Shown here: positions 23,524-37,734 of the stretch, in pieces
Position numbering within the stretch: position 1 is the stretch's first letter
Layout: each line of letters begins with the position of its first letter
From: Paraspadella gotoi
Taxonomy: Eukaryota > Animalia > Chaetognatha
Direction: 5' to 3'
Length of the DNA: 64,000 nt
Assembly (NCBI GenBank): GCA_051294375.1
Contig: CM119268.1
Coordinates: 14,464,301-14,528,300, forward strand
The notes under the pieces: generated by a model
What the model saw: the letters and a program-made list of their open reading frames with translations, nothing else
What the model was told of the DNA's origin: nothing
The model's database searches: none
Translations under genes and position numbers: made by a program

Positions 23524-24742
23524 ACAGTACTATATTCTATTAAATTCATAACGAGTTTCTTTTTTTTTTTCTTTCATTTCGAAACGTAATTCCATTGACC
23601 GATAGNNNNNNNNNNNNNNNNNNNNNNNNNNNNNNNNNNNNNNNNNNNNNNNNNNNNNNNNNNNNNNNNNNNNNNNNNNNNNNNNNNNNNNNNNNNNNNN
23701 NNNNNNNNNNNNNNNNNNNNNNNNNNNNNNNNNNNNNNNNNNNNNNNNNNNNNNNNNNNNNNNNNNNNNNNNNNNNNNNNNNNNNNNNNNNNNNNNNNNN
23801 NNNNNNNNNNNNNNNNNNNNNNNNNTAGACGTGCGATATTTTTAGATGGGCGTGAACCATATAGAACCGTGGATGCGATGAAGTCTATAAATGGCACCAT
23901 GGCCAAAATCGAAATCTGAACGGAAGGAATTTCTCGACGAACGAAGATTGAACGATAGGCGATGGTGGAGGGCGTGGACTAGGACGACGACGAAGATGAC
24001 GACGACGACAACGACGAAGATGACGACGACGAAGTCTGCGAGGACGAAAGACGAAGACGACGACGAAGAGAACGAAGACGACAAGAGCGACGATGAAGGC
24101 GACGACGACGACGAATCCGGGGGACGACGTCGACGCCACGCGCGAAAATAACGACGACGACGACGCCGAGGACGACAATAACGACGACAGAAACGAGGAC
24201 GACCAAAGATCTAACTGCGAAGAAGAAGAAAAAAAAANNNNNNNNNNNNNNNNNNNNNNNNNNNNNNNNNNNNNNNNNNNNNNNNNNNNNNNNNNNNNNN
24301 NNNNNNNNNNNNNNNNNNNNNNNNNNNNNNNNNNNNNNNNNNNNNNNNNNNNNNNNNNNNNNNNNNNNNNNNNNNNNNNNNNNNNNNNNNNNNNNNNNNN
24401 NNNNNNNNNNNNNNNNNNNNNNNNNNNNNNNNNNNNNNNNNNNNNNNNNNNNNNNNNNNNNNNNNNNNNNNNNNNNNNNNNNNNNNNNNNNNNNNNNNNN
24501 NNNNNNNNNNNNNNNNNNNTTTTGAGTCCCTATCGTGCGTCATCGTAGCGTCGTTCGGGAGTCGTCGGTGCGTAGTTTAAGAAAAAGTGGGCGCGGTTTT
24601 AGTGCGTCGCTTGAGACTTTGTGCGTCGTTTCTATGCGGAGTTTATTAATGTAATAAGACCGAAACTGACGGATGGAAACATTTAAGAAAGATTAAAGAG
24701 ACAGAAAAAATATAAAAGAGAAAAAAAAGAAAACCTCCTCTA
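23524..24742 (+). repeat. Copy 2 of about 1.2-kb direct duplication (gapped)
   Basis: See copy 1; the two internal N gaps correspond to sequence present in copy 1. Confidence 0.85.
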
Positions 24743-27700
24743 TATTTGGAAGGACGATAAAAGGAGTAAGAAAAAAAATAAAGAAAGAAAAACAAGTTTT
24801 AAAGCCAAGTTAACTTATGAGTATGACGAAATGAAGATTAGTTCAATGCTGCTTTATTTTTATTAGCTGACTCTCTCACTGATATTTAGTCGGATTAAGC
24901 TCGTGGTCTCTCACGCTCGTAATATACGTATTTCTCCCCCCCCGTTTTCTGCACTTAACGCAAATTTTTGCGAATAGACGGAAATTTGTGAAAAAAGTCA
25001 CGAAATTCTCGCAAAATCGCGAGAAAATCGAATCTGGTAGGGAGAAAAAACTGTTAAGGCAAGGAATTTGGTAAGAGAGNNNNNNNNNNNNNNNNNNNNN
25101 NNNNNNNNNNNNNNNNNNNNNNNNNNNNNNNNNNNNNNNNNNNNNNNNNNNNNNNNNNNNNNNNNNNNNNNNNNNNNNNNNNNNNNNNNNNNNNNNNNNN
25201 NNNNNNNNNNNNNNNNNNNNNNNNNNNNNNNNNNNNNNNNNNNNNNNNNNNNNNNNNNNNNNNNNNNNNNNNAGACACTCAGTTCCGTTCGAGGAGAAAT
25301 GGCATCAACGCAGGAAATGGAACGACGCTAATGAGTCTTTTTACTGGGTCTTTAATGCTTTTGCCTTTGCCCTCAGACCAGTTCTTACTGCTTGTGTTGT
25401 TTTTTTTTCTGACTGTCCTTACTGTGGTTCACTTTTAAAGCCCAAATTTGCCTGCGTTTTCCGATGGTCTATTCCTTTCCTTCATCTTTTTCACCGTTGC
25501 CTCTGGACGAATTTTAATGATGTTAATATCACCGTCAAAAACGAAAATGTCAACTTCACTGTCCTTGAATTTCAAAGAGTTTCACTTTTGAATACAGAAT
25601 GTATTAAAATAAAATAAATTAATAACTAACTGATATGAGCTTGCGGGTCATTGCGAGAAATCAAGTGGGTTCCAAGTTACTTAAATGCTGCATATCTGAA
25701 CAATAGTTGCCAATTATAAATTATGTTCTAAGAGTAGGAACTAGATTTATTTATCCATGCATGATTGATTAAAAAAGAAACGCCTCTCATTGAAAGGNNN
25801 NNNNNNNNNNNNNNNNNNNNNNNNNNNNNNNNNNNNNNNNNNNNNNNNNNNNNNNNNNNNNNNNNNNNNNNNNNNNNNNNNNNNNNNNNNNNNNNNNNNN
25901 NNNNNNNNNNNNNNNNNNNNNNNNNNNNNNNNNNNNNNNNNNNNNNNNNNNNNNNNNNNNNNNNNNNNNNNNNNNNNNNNNNNNNNNNNNNNNNNNNNNN
26001 NNNNNNNNNNNNNNNNNNNNNNNNNNNNNNNNNNNNNNNNNNNNNNNNNNNNNNNNNNNNNNNNNNNNNNNNNNNNNNNNNNNNNNNNNNNNNNNNNNNN
26101 NNNNNNNNNNNNNNNNNNNNNNNNNNNNNNNNNNNNNNNNNNNGAGAGAGAGAGAGAGAGATTCTGGCTTCGTTCTCGTCAGGATAGGCACGAGGAAGAG
26201 TCGGACAACGGGGAAGAGAAAGAGGAAAAGATGGGAAAGCGTTGAATGTGAGTAGACTGATGGTAAAATGCATCCCTGATAGCGAGGCTGTCTGAAGACA
26301 CTGAGGAAGGTGGAAACGGTGGTGGTTAAGGAGGAGGAGGAGGAGGAGGAGGAGGAGGAGACGTAGAGACATTGATGAATACCTTGAAAAGAGAAGGAGA
26401 CCGGTGAAGAAAAATTATTAAGACGCAATGTAAATCTTGTGGAACCAGAAAAGCGACGAGGACAAAGACGATGACGATGACGAAGACGACGACGATGATA
26501 ATGATGTAGCTACGACATAGCAGCGATGACAAAGATGAGTCAGAACTATATTACGAATCCAACAGAAGAGAAGAATCAATGACAATCTCCGAAAGAAAAT
26601 GAAATATTTTTTTGGTTTCGATATTTTTCAAAATGCAAAGACACTGATCGTACATGTCAAGGCCAATCGTCAAGGCAATATGTTTTCAGAAAATCATCAA
26701 CTACAATCCTTTTGTTACCGAACCATTCCGAAACTAAATGTAAATTGATTCACACATTGGAATCATAAAATAAGAAAAAACTAATCCACTTAAACCGCCT
26801 AAGAGAACTTCTCAAAANNNNNNNNNNNNNNNNNNNNNNNNNNNNNNNNNNNNNNNNNNNNNNNNNNNNNNNNNNNNNNNNNNNNNNNNNNNNNNNNNNN
26901 NNNNNNNNNNNNNNNNNNNNNNNNNNNNNNNNNNNNNNNNNNNNNNNNNNNNNNNNNNNNNNNNNNNNNNNNNNNNNNNNNNNNNNNNNNNNNNNNNNNN
27001 NNNNNNNNNNNNNNNNNNNNNNNNNNNNNNNNNNNNNNNNNNNGGGGCGGTAGGGGGGGACAATCATTATTCTTTTTTAAGGGGAGATAAAGACGAATTA
27101 TTTCCAACGATTGGATTATTACGAATCGTCGTCGGGAGAAAGAGGGACGAGTTTGGCGGGAGAACTAATTACTTTCCCACCGAATTATATGACTTTTTTT
27201 TACCTGAAGATGATAGGAAACGGGGGAAAGAGAAAGTATTAAAAGGAAAGACGTGTAATGATGAAAATGTGAAAGATTTTAAAATATTATGTTAAAATTT
27301 TGGGTGTTGTTTGTAGTAAATGTACTTTACAGTACTGTTTTTTACATTTTGTCAATGTTCTGTTGAGAAAAATTGTAAACAATTGAAATACGCATTTTAT
27401 AGTATATAATATTGATTTTAACTATTTTTAACGTTTTCGGTCAAGAAAATGTAAATAGACGCGAACTGACGAATTCTCATCCAAAAGGGTCAGTCCACTC
27501 GCTAATCAAAATAAAGTCGAAAATAAAGTGGATAACAACAGAACTTGTTTTCTCGAAATTCCAGCGACGTCGACTTTGGCGCCTCCATCATTCTTAACCA
27601 CAACGACGACTACGACGACGACGAAGACGACGACCCGTTTTCTCTTTTCCTGCCCCGGAGGCGACAATCATCGCGGTCCCGATCGGCCAGACGCTCGAGG

Positions 27701-28053
27701 GATCCTCGGCGCCTTCCAAATGCCTTTCGAGGCTCGAGTGGCCTTCCGGGGCACCCTCAGGCGCTCCGAGGGGCTGGCGCGGTGGAGAGGCCCCGAGGGC
27801 GTTCTCGGCGCCCCGCAGGNNNNNNNNNNNNNNNNNNNNNNNNNNNNNNNNNNNNNNNNNNNNNNNNNNNNNNNNNNNNNNNNNNNNNNNNNNNNNNNNN
27901 NNNNNNNNNNNNNNNNNNNNNNNNNNNNNNNNNNNNNNNNNNNNNNNNNNNNNNNNNNNNNNNNNNNNNNNNNNNNNNNNNNNNNNNNNNNNNNNNNNNN
28001 NNNNNNNNNNNNNNNNNNNNNNNNNNNNNNNNNNNNNNNNNNNNNNNNNNNNN

Positions 28054-28086
<33 letters not shown>

Positions 28087-29267
28087 TAGAGAGCTAGAGA
28101 GAGTCGTGTGTGAAGTTTAAAAATCGAAAAATAAAAATTTCGTTACTACTTACTACACTTATTTTGTCATGGGCATATGGTAAAAGGCTTTATTTCGCTT
28201 TATTTCGCTTCTCCGTTCATTCAAAACAAAAATTCATTTTTAGAAATTAGCGAAGCAAAATTGGGAAAATTCAAAAATGACGTCAATATCAAACGGGAGT
28301 AGCTTCGTCTCTTTCTTTTCTTTTTATTGTAAAAGAGATTAGAAATTGGAGATTAGAGATTAGAGATTAGATTAGAGAGTAGAGATTAGGAAGTGACGTC
28401 ATTTGGATACAAAAATTATGTTGACGGCGAAAGGCTGCGTTATCACTGACGTCAACGACATCTTAACCTCTCTTTGTTTCTATCGCTTTCTCTCTCTNNN
28501 NNNNNNNNNNNNNNNNNNNNNNNNNNNNNNNNNNNNNNNNNNNNNNNNNNNNNNNNNNNNNNNNNNNNNNNNNNNNNNNNNNNNNNNNNNNNNNNNNNNN
28601 NNNNNNNNNNNNNNNNNNNNNNNNNNNNNNNNNNNNNNNNNNNNNNNNNNNNNNNNNNCTCCTCGCCGTTATCTTCAGTGTTATCTCTGGCGTTATTAAT
28701 GGCGTTATCGCCTGAATTTGTCGGCGCAGCGGCGGCAGCGACGGCGGCGGCGGCGGCGGAGAAGGAAAAACTCCCGAATTCATCGGAGCATTCAGATTTG
28801 ATCGGCGCGAGAGACTCGTCCGATTTCAGCGCTAGGAGTCGAAGAAAGTAACGAGTCTGCCGACCCCGGGCGGCGCCGCGCCGTCCGCTTTGCTCGGCAC
28901 GAATCCCGGAACGCCGGACGAGTTCTGATGAATTGCTTTACATTCCTTTTTAGTTGACCCCATAATTGCACCATAGCATGTGGCCTTTTGGACAATTTTT
29001 CATGAAAGAGCGCGGAAGGAAGAGAGAGAGAGAGAGGGAGAGAGAGGGAGAGCGACGGAGACAGAGAGAGAAACCATCTCGGTTAAAACGAAGATTGCAG
29101 GTGCTTTTTTTTCGCTCTGTTAAACGTGACGAATGCGAAAATTGTAACCAACGTAGAATTTCCGAAGTCAGGTCATTTTATAAACACAGTTGTCACGAGT
29201 CGAAAATCATTTCAACAACTTTTTGCTAACGTTCCCTCGAGTCACTGGCCTTATTTTCCCAATTAAT

Positions 29268-29445
29268 AGATTAGGTCAGAGGTTAGGATTACGGATTAGG
29301 TTTGGGATTTTGGTTAGTGATTAAGGTTATTACTTGGTTTGTGATTAGGGTTAGGGATTTGTGTTCGGGACTAGCGTTTAGGGTTAGAGGATTTGGTTAG
29401 GGTTTATAAGTTTAAGATCGTATTTAGGTTAGATATTAAGGTTAA
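29268..29445 (+). repeat. Degenerate (GGTTAG/TTAGGG)-like hexamer array
   Basis: Several perfect TTAGGG units (e.g. ttagggttaggg near 29345) among 6-bp-periodic variants; strong G/T skew. Confidence 0.7.
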
Positions 29446-30296
29446 AATTAAATTCTCTAATAGACGAACAGAAATGGGGCACTCTTGGAAAAGAGAGACG
29501 AATCAGTCTTTTACTGTTGGATGAAGACGCCAAAAAATATTTGCGTTAAAACTAACTAATTAACTAACAAACTCGCCAAGTATTCCACTAATATGTGACC
29601 TGTTGAGATGTTAATCATTGATCACCTTCATAAGTTTCCTATTTCTTTTTTATGTTTTGTTTTTCTATCTTTTTTATTTTCCCAAATGTGTCTCTGTCTC
29701 GCTGTCTGTCTCCCTTTCAATCTCTTTTTCTATTTCTCAATTTATTACCTACCTAATGATTCGAATATCGTTTCCTCTCGAATTTGTCACAACAATGTTA
29801 TTAAGATACAATGGCCGTGCTATTCAGCGCGATTCCTTTTTTCAGATGTATTTAATTTCTTTTCTTTTTCGTTCTCCTTCACTTTTTACTCGTTCTCATT
29901 TTTACCCTCTTCTCATCAGAAAAAAAAATGTAAAAAGAAGGAATAAAACAAGAATCTCGTGCTTAACCTTTTATGAGTTTTTTTTTCGTATTTGAAACTC
30001 GATTTCCGATTGGTGGATTCGGAGTTTGACGTCGAACGTTGAATTTCGTAGTTCTCATTGGTCGATCGAAACCTCGCGACGCCGAGCTACGTCACTGCCC
30101 GAGATGCTAGACCTCGTCTAATCAAAATGTCATGAAGGAAAAAAAAACGGGTTGTTCATTTGTCCGGGAAAATAGATTGGAAAAGTTGTAACAGAGTTAT
30201 TCAATGGGCGGCGTTGAAACTTTACTGCCTCGAGCGCTGAATGAGGGGAGGGAGGAAAAGGGAAAAGAGGGGAGACAAAGGTGGAAGTGGTGAGAA

Positions 30297-30297
30297 A

Positions 30298-30393
<96 letters not shown>

Positions 30394-30395
30394 AA
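30297..30395. repeat. (GAAA)n microsatellite
   Basis: Perfect tetranucleotide run; another at about 57776-57862. Confidence 0.97.
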
Positions 30396-33300
30396 AAAAA
30401 GAAAAGAAAAGAAAGGACAAATCAAAGCTGGCAAAAGCAAACAGAAAAACAAACAAAACGATAAACAAAAGAAATGTTAAGAAGATAAGAAATCTTCGAA
30501 GAAAAATAAAAAGAAAAACCAACAAGAAACAGAAAAATAGAAAAAGAAGAAAGATGCAAATACTCGTATAATTTATACGAAGAACGAAGATCAGAAGACA
30601 GAAAAAGGGGGAGGGGCGAAATGCCAGGAAAGGAAAGAAATAAAAAACGGGACTGAAAAAAAAAANNNNNNNNNNNNNNNNNNNNNNNNNNNNNNNNNNN
30701 NNNNNNNNNNNNNNNNNNNNNNNNNNNNNNNNNNNNNNNNNNNNNNNNNNNNNNNNNNNNNNNNNNNNNNNNNNNNNNNNNNNNNNNNNNNNNNNNNNNN
30801 NNNNNNNNNNNNNNNNNNNNNNNNNNNNNNNNNNNNNNNNNNNNNNNNNNNNNNNNNNNNNNNNNNNNNNNNNNNNNNNNNNNNNNNNNNNNNNNNNNNN
30901 NNNNNNNNNNNNNNNNNNNNNNNNNNNNNNNNNNNNNNNNNNNNNNNNNNNNNNNNNNNNNNNNNNNNNNNNNNNNNNNNNNNNNNNNNNNNNNNNNNNN
31001 NNNNNNNNNNNNNNNNNNNNNNNNNNNNNNNNNNNNNNNNNNNNNNNNNNNNNNNNNNNNNNNNNNNNNNNNNNNNNNNNNNNNNNNNNNNNNNNNNNNN
31101 NNNNNNNNNNNNNNNNNNNNNNNNNNNNNNNNNNNNNNNNNNNNNNNNNNNNNNNNNNNNNNNNNNNNNNNNNNNNNNNNNNNNNNNNNNNNNNNNNNNN
31201 NNNNNNNNNNNNNNNNNNNNNNNNNNNNNNNNNNNNNNNNNNNNNNNNNNNNNNNNNNNNNNNNNNNNNNNNNNNNNNNNNNNNNNNNNNNNNNNNNNNN
31301 NNNNNNNNNNNNNNNNNNNNNNNNNNNNNNNNNNNNNNNNNNNNNNNNNNNNNNNNNNNNNNNNNNNNNNNNNNNNNNNNNNNNNNNNNNNNNNNNNNNN
31401 NNNNNNNNNNNNNNNNNNNNNNNNNNNNNNNNNNNNNNNNNNNNNNNNNNNNNNNNNNNNNNNNNNNNNNNNNNNNNNNNNNNNNNNNNNNNNNNNNNNG
31501 AAGCGAGAAAAAAAGTTGAGGGAAGAAAAAGAAGGAAAAAAATAAGAAAGGAGAGAAAAAATAATGAAAAGAAAAAAAGGACATGCGAAAGCTGCAAATG
31601 AAAGGAAAACGAGAGAGAAAAGAGACAGAAATGGAGAATTTAAGTCGAAAAGGCGGGGAAAGGAGAGGCGAGAAAAGGAAGAGGCGGGAAAAGAAAGAAA
31701 GGAAGGAAAGAAACGAAAGAAAAGAAAAGGAAAAGTTGATTCTGAGACAATCGACTCTGGATGAAAATGTGATTGTAAAATGGTGCGAAAGTGCGAAAAG
31801 AGAAGCAAAAACAATTATAATCTAATTTCGATTTGTTTTTTTAAATAGGTCGAAGTGTCTAAAACATTCTAAATTCAAATTACGTTTATAGATATAAATT
31901 TAAAATACTTTTCAACAGGTTATATCAATATTGTTTTTAATTAGGCAACGTGGTATTCAGAGAAAATTTGGCTTCAAAATTATTTTCGCGGTCTAATTCC
32001 GAACCTACATTTTGGCGACACAAGGCGAAATAATTTGATTGACGCTAAAAAAGATTAAGAAAATCCCGTTTCCTCATTCTTTTTTTTTTAATTTCCGTGA
32101 ATGTTTTCCTTGTGAGACGGAAACGTCGACGAACGTGAGATCAAACGAGAAATCCCATTCCAAGATGAATGGACAAAGGAAAAAAATAGGAAAGAAAGGA
32201 AAGAAGAAAGGAGAGAAAGAGGAGAAGGGAAAAATCGATCCGGTAAAAATGAAAAGCGGAATAAATTGTGGGCGGAGTCTGACCAGCTGCCCCCAAAATC
32301 CGCGCCACCTTTTCTTCTTGAATGCCACGATTGCCACCCGTGATGGTCGGTCGTGCTCTCGATGCCATTTTTAATGCCGTTTCTTTATACCCGCTTGAGG
32401 TGTGTAACGGCCTGTCAGCCCTTTTTTTCTTTTTGTCGTGAAAATTCCTCTCTAAAAAGAACTTTTTAGCCAAGAAGCCACCCGAGAGTCTCGTCATATT
32501 GTCACAGAACCGCAATGCAATGCCAGCTTCCTTCGTCTTGGCAAATCGCCGTCAATGGTTTCTTTTTTTTTTTGTACCATGAGGCCATTAACAATAATCA
32601 CCACCCGCCGATGCCACCTTTCAACGCTCCCTTCAATGCCAACTCAATGCCATCACCCACAAGAAGCAAATCCAAATAATTTCACCGACCGTGTCACTTC
32701 GTCAAATCAAATCACGGATAAAAAATGGGAAGGCAAACTTTGAAACAATGAAATTCGAAGTATTTATTGATGTTTACATGCATGAATATTTTATAAGTCA
32801 GCCCATTACTACATTACTACATTTATTTCTCGGAATCAGTCAACCTTGAAATAATTTTACGAAAGTCGTTGTCGGGGTTTTTCTTTGTGATCTGTCACGA
32901 TCTGTCACGAGTTGTCACGGTTCGTCACGATTTGTGACGGCGACCGTGATGGAAAAATCCNNNNNNNNNNNNNNNNNNNNNNNNNNNNNNNNNNNNNNNN
33001 NNNNNNNNNNNNNNNNNNNNNNNNNNNNNNNNNNNNNNNNNNNNNNNNNNNNNNNNNNNNNNNNNNNNNNNNNNNNNNNNNNNNNNNNNNNNNNNNNNNN
33101 NNNNNNNNNNNNNNNNNNNNNNNNNNNNNNNNNNNNNNNNNNNNNNNNNNNNNNNNNNNNNNNNNNNNNNNNNNNNNNNNNNNNNNNNNNNNNNNNNNNN
33201 NNNNNNNNNNNNNNNNNNNNNNNNNNNNNNNNNNNNNNNNNNNNNNNNNNNNNNNNNNNNNNNNNNNNNNNNNNNNNNNNNNNNNNNNNNNNCGAAGTCT

Positions 33301-35596
33301 TTTCACCACAGACCCAAACGCGCGTGAGTCGGTCGTTCCCCTCTCTCACCAATTCGTCTTCATTCGAAAGTTCACTTTTACCCCCCCCTTCCCCACTTCC
33401 CCACCTCCCCACTTCCCCACCTCCCTACTCCCCTCCTTCCCCTCCCCTTTTTTGGTCATCGAACCCGAAAAAAGTTTCGGTGACAAAATCGAAGCGACGC
33501 TGATCGAAGGTGGTCGAAGAAAANNNNNNNNNNNNNNNNNNNNNNNNNNNNNNNNNNNNNNNNNNNNNNNNNNNNNNNNNNNNNNNNNNNNNNNNNNNNN
33601 NNNNNNNNNNNNNNNNNNNNNNNNNNNNNNNNNNNNNNNNNNNNNNNNNNNNNNNNNNNNNNNNNNNNNNNNNNNNNNNNNNNNNNNNNNNNNNNNNNNN
33701 NNNNNNNNNNNNNNNNNNNNNNNNNNNNNNNNNNNNNNNNNNNNNNNNNNNNNNNNNNNNNNNNNNNNNNNNNNNNNNNNNNNNGTGGCGCAACATTTGA
33801 ACAAAGGAGACGAGGACAAAGATGTTGCGGATTAAGGGGAATATGAAGGACGATGGGAATGAAGACAAGGAGATTCCAAATATAAACTGGAGTAGAATTA
33901 CGCTTCTTCTTGATCTTTAAAGTTTTCTGCGTCCATTTTTTGCAATCGCTGAATGCGATCACCGAGAAAGGTTTACAGAATCGAGCGTGAAGAAGTTAAA
34001 TTCTTGTGAAGTTAGTTATACACGTAAGAAACGATTATGTTTCTACTAAGAATTGTGCATAAAGATAGATCTTTAAGCTGGGTTTTGGATAGACAACTAT
34101 CTGATTCAAAACCCCTTAATGAGATTGAAGTCAACTATAAAAAGTTAATAACAAAAAAAAACTTATTAAACATATTAAAAAAAAATAACCAGAAAACTAA
34201 AGAACAACAAATCGACAAACAACGGAGCAACAATAAAAACCATAATCATGTCTTGGACAAAAGAAAAATTAAACATTGTGACTACGATGCGGAGCCATTG
34301 ACGTTACCATCGTCTCGTGACGGCGTCGATAACTCCGCAATGACGTCACGAGCGGCGTGGATCAAACGTTTCGATAATCGTTTCCGCCGTAAAAGAAAAT
34401 TAGCATCGTTAGAAAAAAAGGGGGTAATTTTAAAGGAAAAAGTTAAAAATATTCAAAAACTCTCTCTCTCTCTCTAAAATGCTCTTCTCCCCATTTCCTT
34501 CTCCTTCCAATCAAGAGAGGACTCCTCGCTTTTCTCTTATCATCAAAATCATCATGTGTTAGTCATTATTTTTGTCACCGACCGTACGACAAATATAAAC
34601 AGTCTTCCGCGCGTCATCCTTTCCTCTTTAGCAATCTCTCCTCTACTTGCTCTCTCGTCTAACTATGCTTATATCTCTCCCGCAATTCTCTCTTTTCCGT
34701 CTCTCTCTCTCTCTTCTCTCTCAGTCACTCTCCCGCAATCTTCACGTCTCGATCGTCTTCACGTCTTCGTCAGCTCATCATCATCTTTTTTGTTTTTTTT
34801 AATCTTTTCTCTCTCTTGAGGTCCTATTCTCTCGTCTCTTTTTTTCTCACGCACTCCTCTCTCTTCTAACCAAGCTTCTCTCTTCTCTCTCTCTCTTGCG
34901 TGGCGGATGCGCATCTGAAGATTGCTCCGTCTCTCTCTCTCATCTCTTTTCTACATAGNNNNNNNNNNNNNNNNNNNNNNNNNCCACTCACTCCTTTCCA
35001 ATCCTCAGCGGGCCTCTTAGCCGATGGAATCTCCCATCGGAATGGCACCGACGGAACGACGAGCGTCGGCGATTGTTTTTCGGGTTCTTGAGTCTCGACT
35101 GAGTCACCCGAAGATGGCGATCGCGCTTCTTGACCTCTGACCCCTTTTTGTGACGCGTTCTTTTGTTTTCTGGTTTTCTTTATCATTAGCGGAAAGACAA
35201 ATCTTATTGTCTTCTGTTTTTTTGATGAAAGACGAAAAAAGGAGAGAAGCAGACGGAGCTGAGCATTCCTTCAAAAAAAATCATGTATTAATCGTATCCG
35301 CACGAGAGAGACAGGATGAATAAAAAGAGAAAAAAGGGGAGACAAAGGGAAAGAAAGAAAAAAGAGGAAAAAAATAAGAAAAAAAAAAGGGGGGGAAATA
35401 GTTAAGGGAATAAGGAGGGAAAGAAAAAGAAAAAGAGATGAAGAGAGAGAGGTGAGGAGAGAGAGAAGAGAGAGACGAGAGAGAGAGAGAGTGGCGGACC
35501 TAATCGTCCATCGTATATCATAAAAAGATCATTTATCTTTTTTTGTTTTCCGTCTGTCCTTCTTGAACATGATATGAAAATTAACATCCTTTATGC

Positions 35597-36232
35597 CACA
35601 TCGGGAGGGGCGGTGAAGTTTTGGTTTCCGCCACAAGCGGTACTAAGAATTCTTCATCACTGGTTGTTTCTTTTCTCTTGCTCCAGTACTTCCTGTTCGA
35701 CCATTTTGTTGATTACTATCGGGAAACTTTTTTAACCTATAATCCTTCTGGATGCGAATGAGCAACAATACGCGCCTTTTTAGAATTCATACTCTGACGA
35801 GCAGAGAGAGAAACGAAGAACAGTAGAGGACGGATGAGACACGAGAGCGAGTGCAGAGAGAGAGATTGAGTAAGAGAAGAGAGAGAGAGAGAGACGAGAG
35901 AGAGGAGAGCACGATGCAGAGCAGAGAATTATTTCATTTATATTATACAGCAAGAATTCTATGTATCCGACTTCTTTTTAAAAATTACCCGCGAATACAC
36001 TGTATAATTGTTTACGGCTCACAGACAAATCTTAAAGTGAAAAAAGTTTGAAGGTGAAGACAAAATACAAGCAAACAGTTTAGTTTCCTCATAAGAAGTC
36101 TGAGTTTTTATCCTCTCGTCGTAGATCGTTCACATCATCACTCATTCTCACTCTTCGCGCGTCTTTTCAGCGTTCGAATTCGACTTCCCTGATCCTTGCC
36201 TAGGGTCCTCGCCACACTTCAAACACTTCGCC
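35597..36232 (+). repeat. Noisy direct copy of about 42280-42802
   Basis: Shared ordered anchors ggggcggtgaag, gtactaagaattc, caaatctta, tttcctcata, gatcgttcacatcat, ccacacttc; this copy carries many extra bases. Confidence 0.75.
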
Positions 36233-37734
36233 AGTTTACTTGATATATAGGTTCGAGCATTATTCATTTTCTTGCTACTACCATGGAGGATTTTTTTTGT
36301 TTTACTTATTCGTTTAGTTACCTTATCACCATGTGCAGTCTACTCTGCATCACACTATGTACAGGACGAGCCAGGGATACTGTATGTATAGCGATATGTG
36401 ATCATTTTCTAATTTATTTTTTGGGACTTGGTGTTTTATTTTTACTGAACTCTTGGGGGCCGGTCCGCACTTTTAGTTAATATCTAAACTAGGTGTCGGA
36501 GATAGTGATACTCTCAGCTGCAAATGGTACATGTGCATCTGCAGCTATGTGCAGGTAAGGCCGTCTGTTGTATGATGTTCATTTTTTGCCGTCCACGAAG
36601 CTACTATTCTTTTTTGTGTTTTTATTTTTTGGTACTCGATTTGGGCGCCGGTCGGCCCTTTTTTGGCTTCGATCTTAGGGGTCGCGGAGGATATACGTAT
36701 TCAATATCATTTCTTTGGCCATTAATTACTGATTTTGTCTTATTCATATTCATTTGTTATTTTTTCAGTGTATGTTCTCATATTTTTTCTTTTTTTCATT
36801 ATTATTGAGTTTGGGTTCCATTTATCATTAACTTTTTGAATATCATTGGTCGGTCTGGTTTTTTCTTCCCTGAATGCATTTCCATTGATTTTTTATGTGT
36901 GATAATAATTTTTTTTTTGGTGCATCAAATTATTTGGAATCGCATATCACCTGTCGTTAGAGTTTGCTCATCTATTTTTGTTAATGGGATTATTTTTTTA
37001 TTTCTATCGACGTTGTTATTTGTTTGCGGTCTAGTCTCTGTCTCTTCTGTCTTTTTGTTCTCTGTGTGTGTTCTCTTTTGTCTCTTCTGTTTTTGTGTGT
37101 TGGTTTCTTTGTTTGCGCTGATCCATGATGTTTTCTTATTTCTGGAATTTTTTTGTTTGTCTACTTTTTGCTTTTTTATTTTTTATATCATATATAATTG
37201 CTAGATTTCGTGTCGGTGGCGGGCGAGCGGTATTAAGACCTGTCGGACTGTGATGCGTTGTGTATATTCAATTGACCATCTCGACGGTTGCGCAGCAGTG
37301 CGTATCGCGAGTGATTGTACTCGTCTCGTTGGGGGGATCTTCTTCTCTTCTTTCTTTTTTTCCTTTCTATCGTTCTTTTTGTCTCCTCTTCTTCGTCTTT
37401 CTTTCCTGCCTCCTATCTCCTTAATCTCTTTTTTTTTACCTACATACATTTTAGTTAGTTTTTTTTTGCCCTTTTCTTTTTGTAGCAGGGCGCGCGGTCT
37501 TGGAATTGGGAGGAGCCTTGGCGCCTAACCTGGGTCGGAAAGTTCCAGGCCTTCTCTCTCCCCTTTAATTATAATGTTGCCGCACTCTCCTCCCTTCTTT
37601 TTCTCCGGTCGCGTTGCTGTCCTGCTGAATTTGTGACCGTTCGTGGTCGTTGTTTCTGTCCGCATACCTTTTTTCCTGTGCCTTGCTCCTTTTTTTGCCC
37701 CTGCCCCTAATTTTTCACCCTTGCCTGATTCTTT

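Noticed and set aside
27640-27819. GC-rich block with open frames before a gap
   Set aside because: Too short, truncated by Ns, no recognisable protein or splice context.
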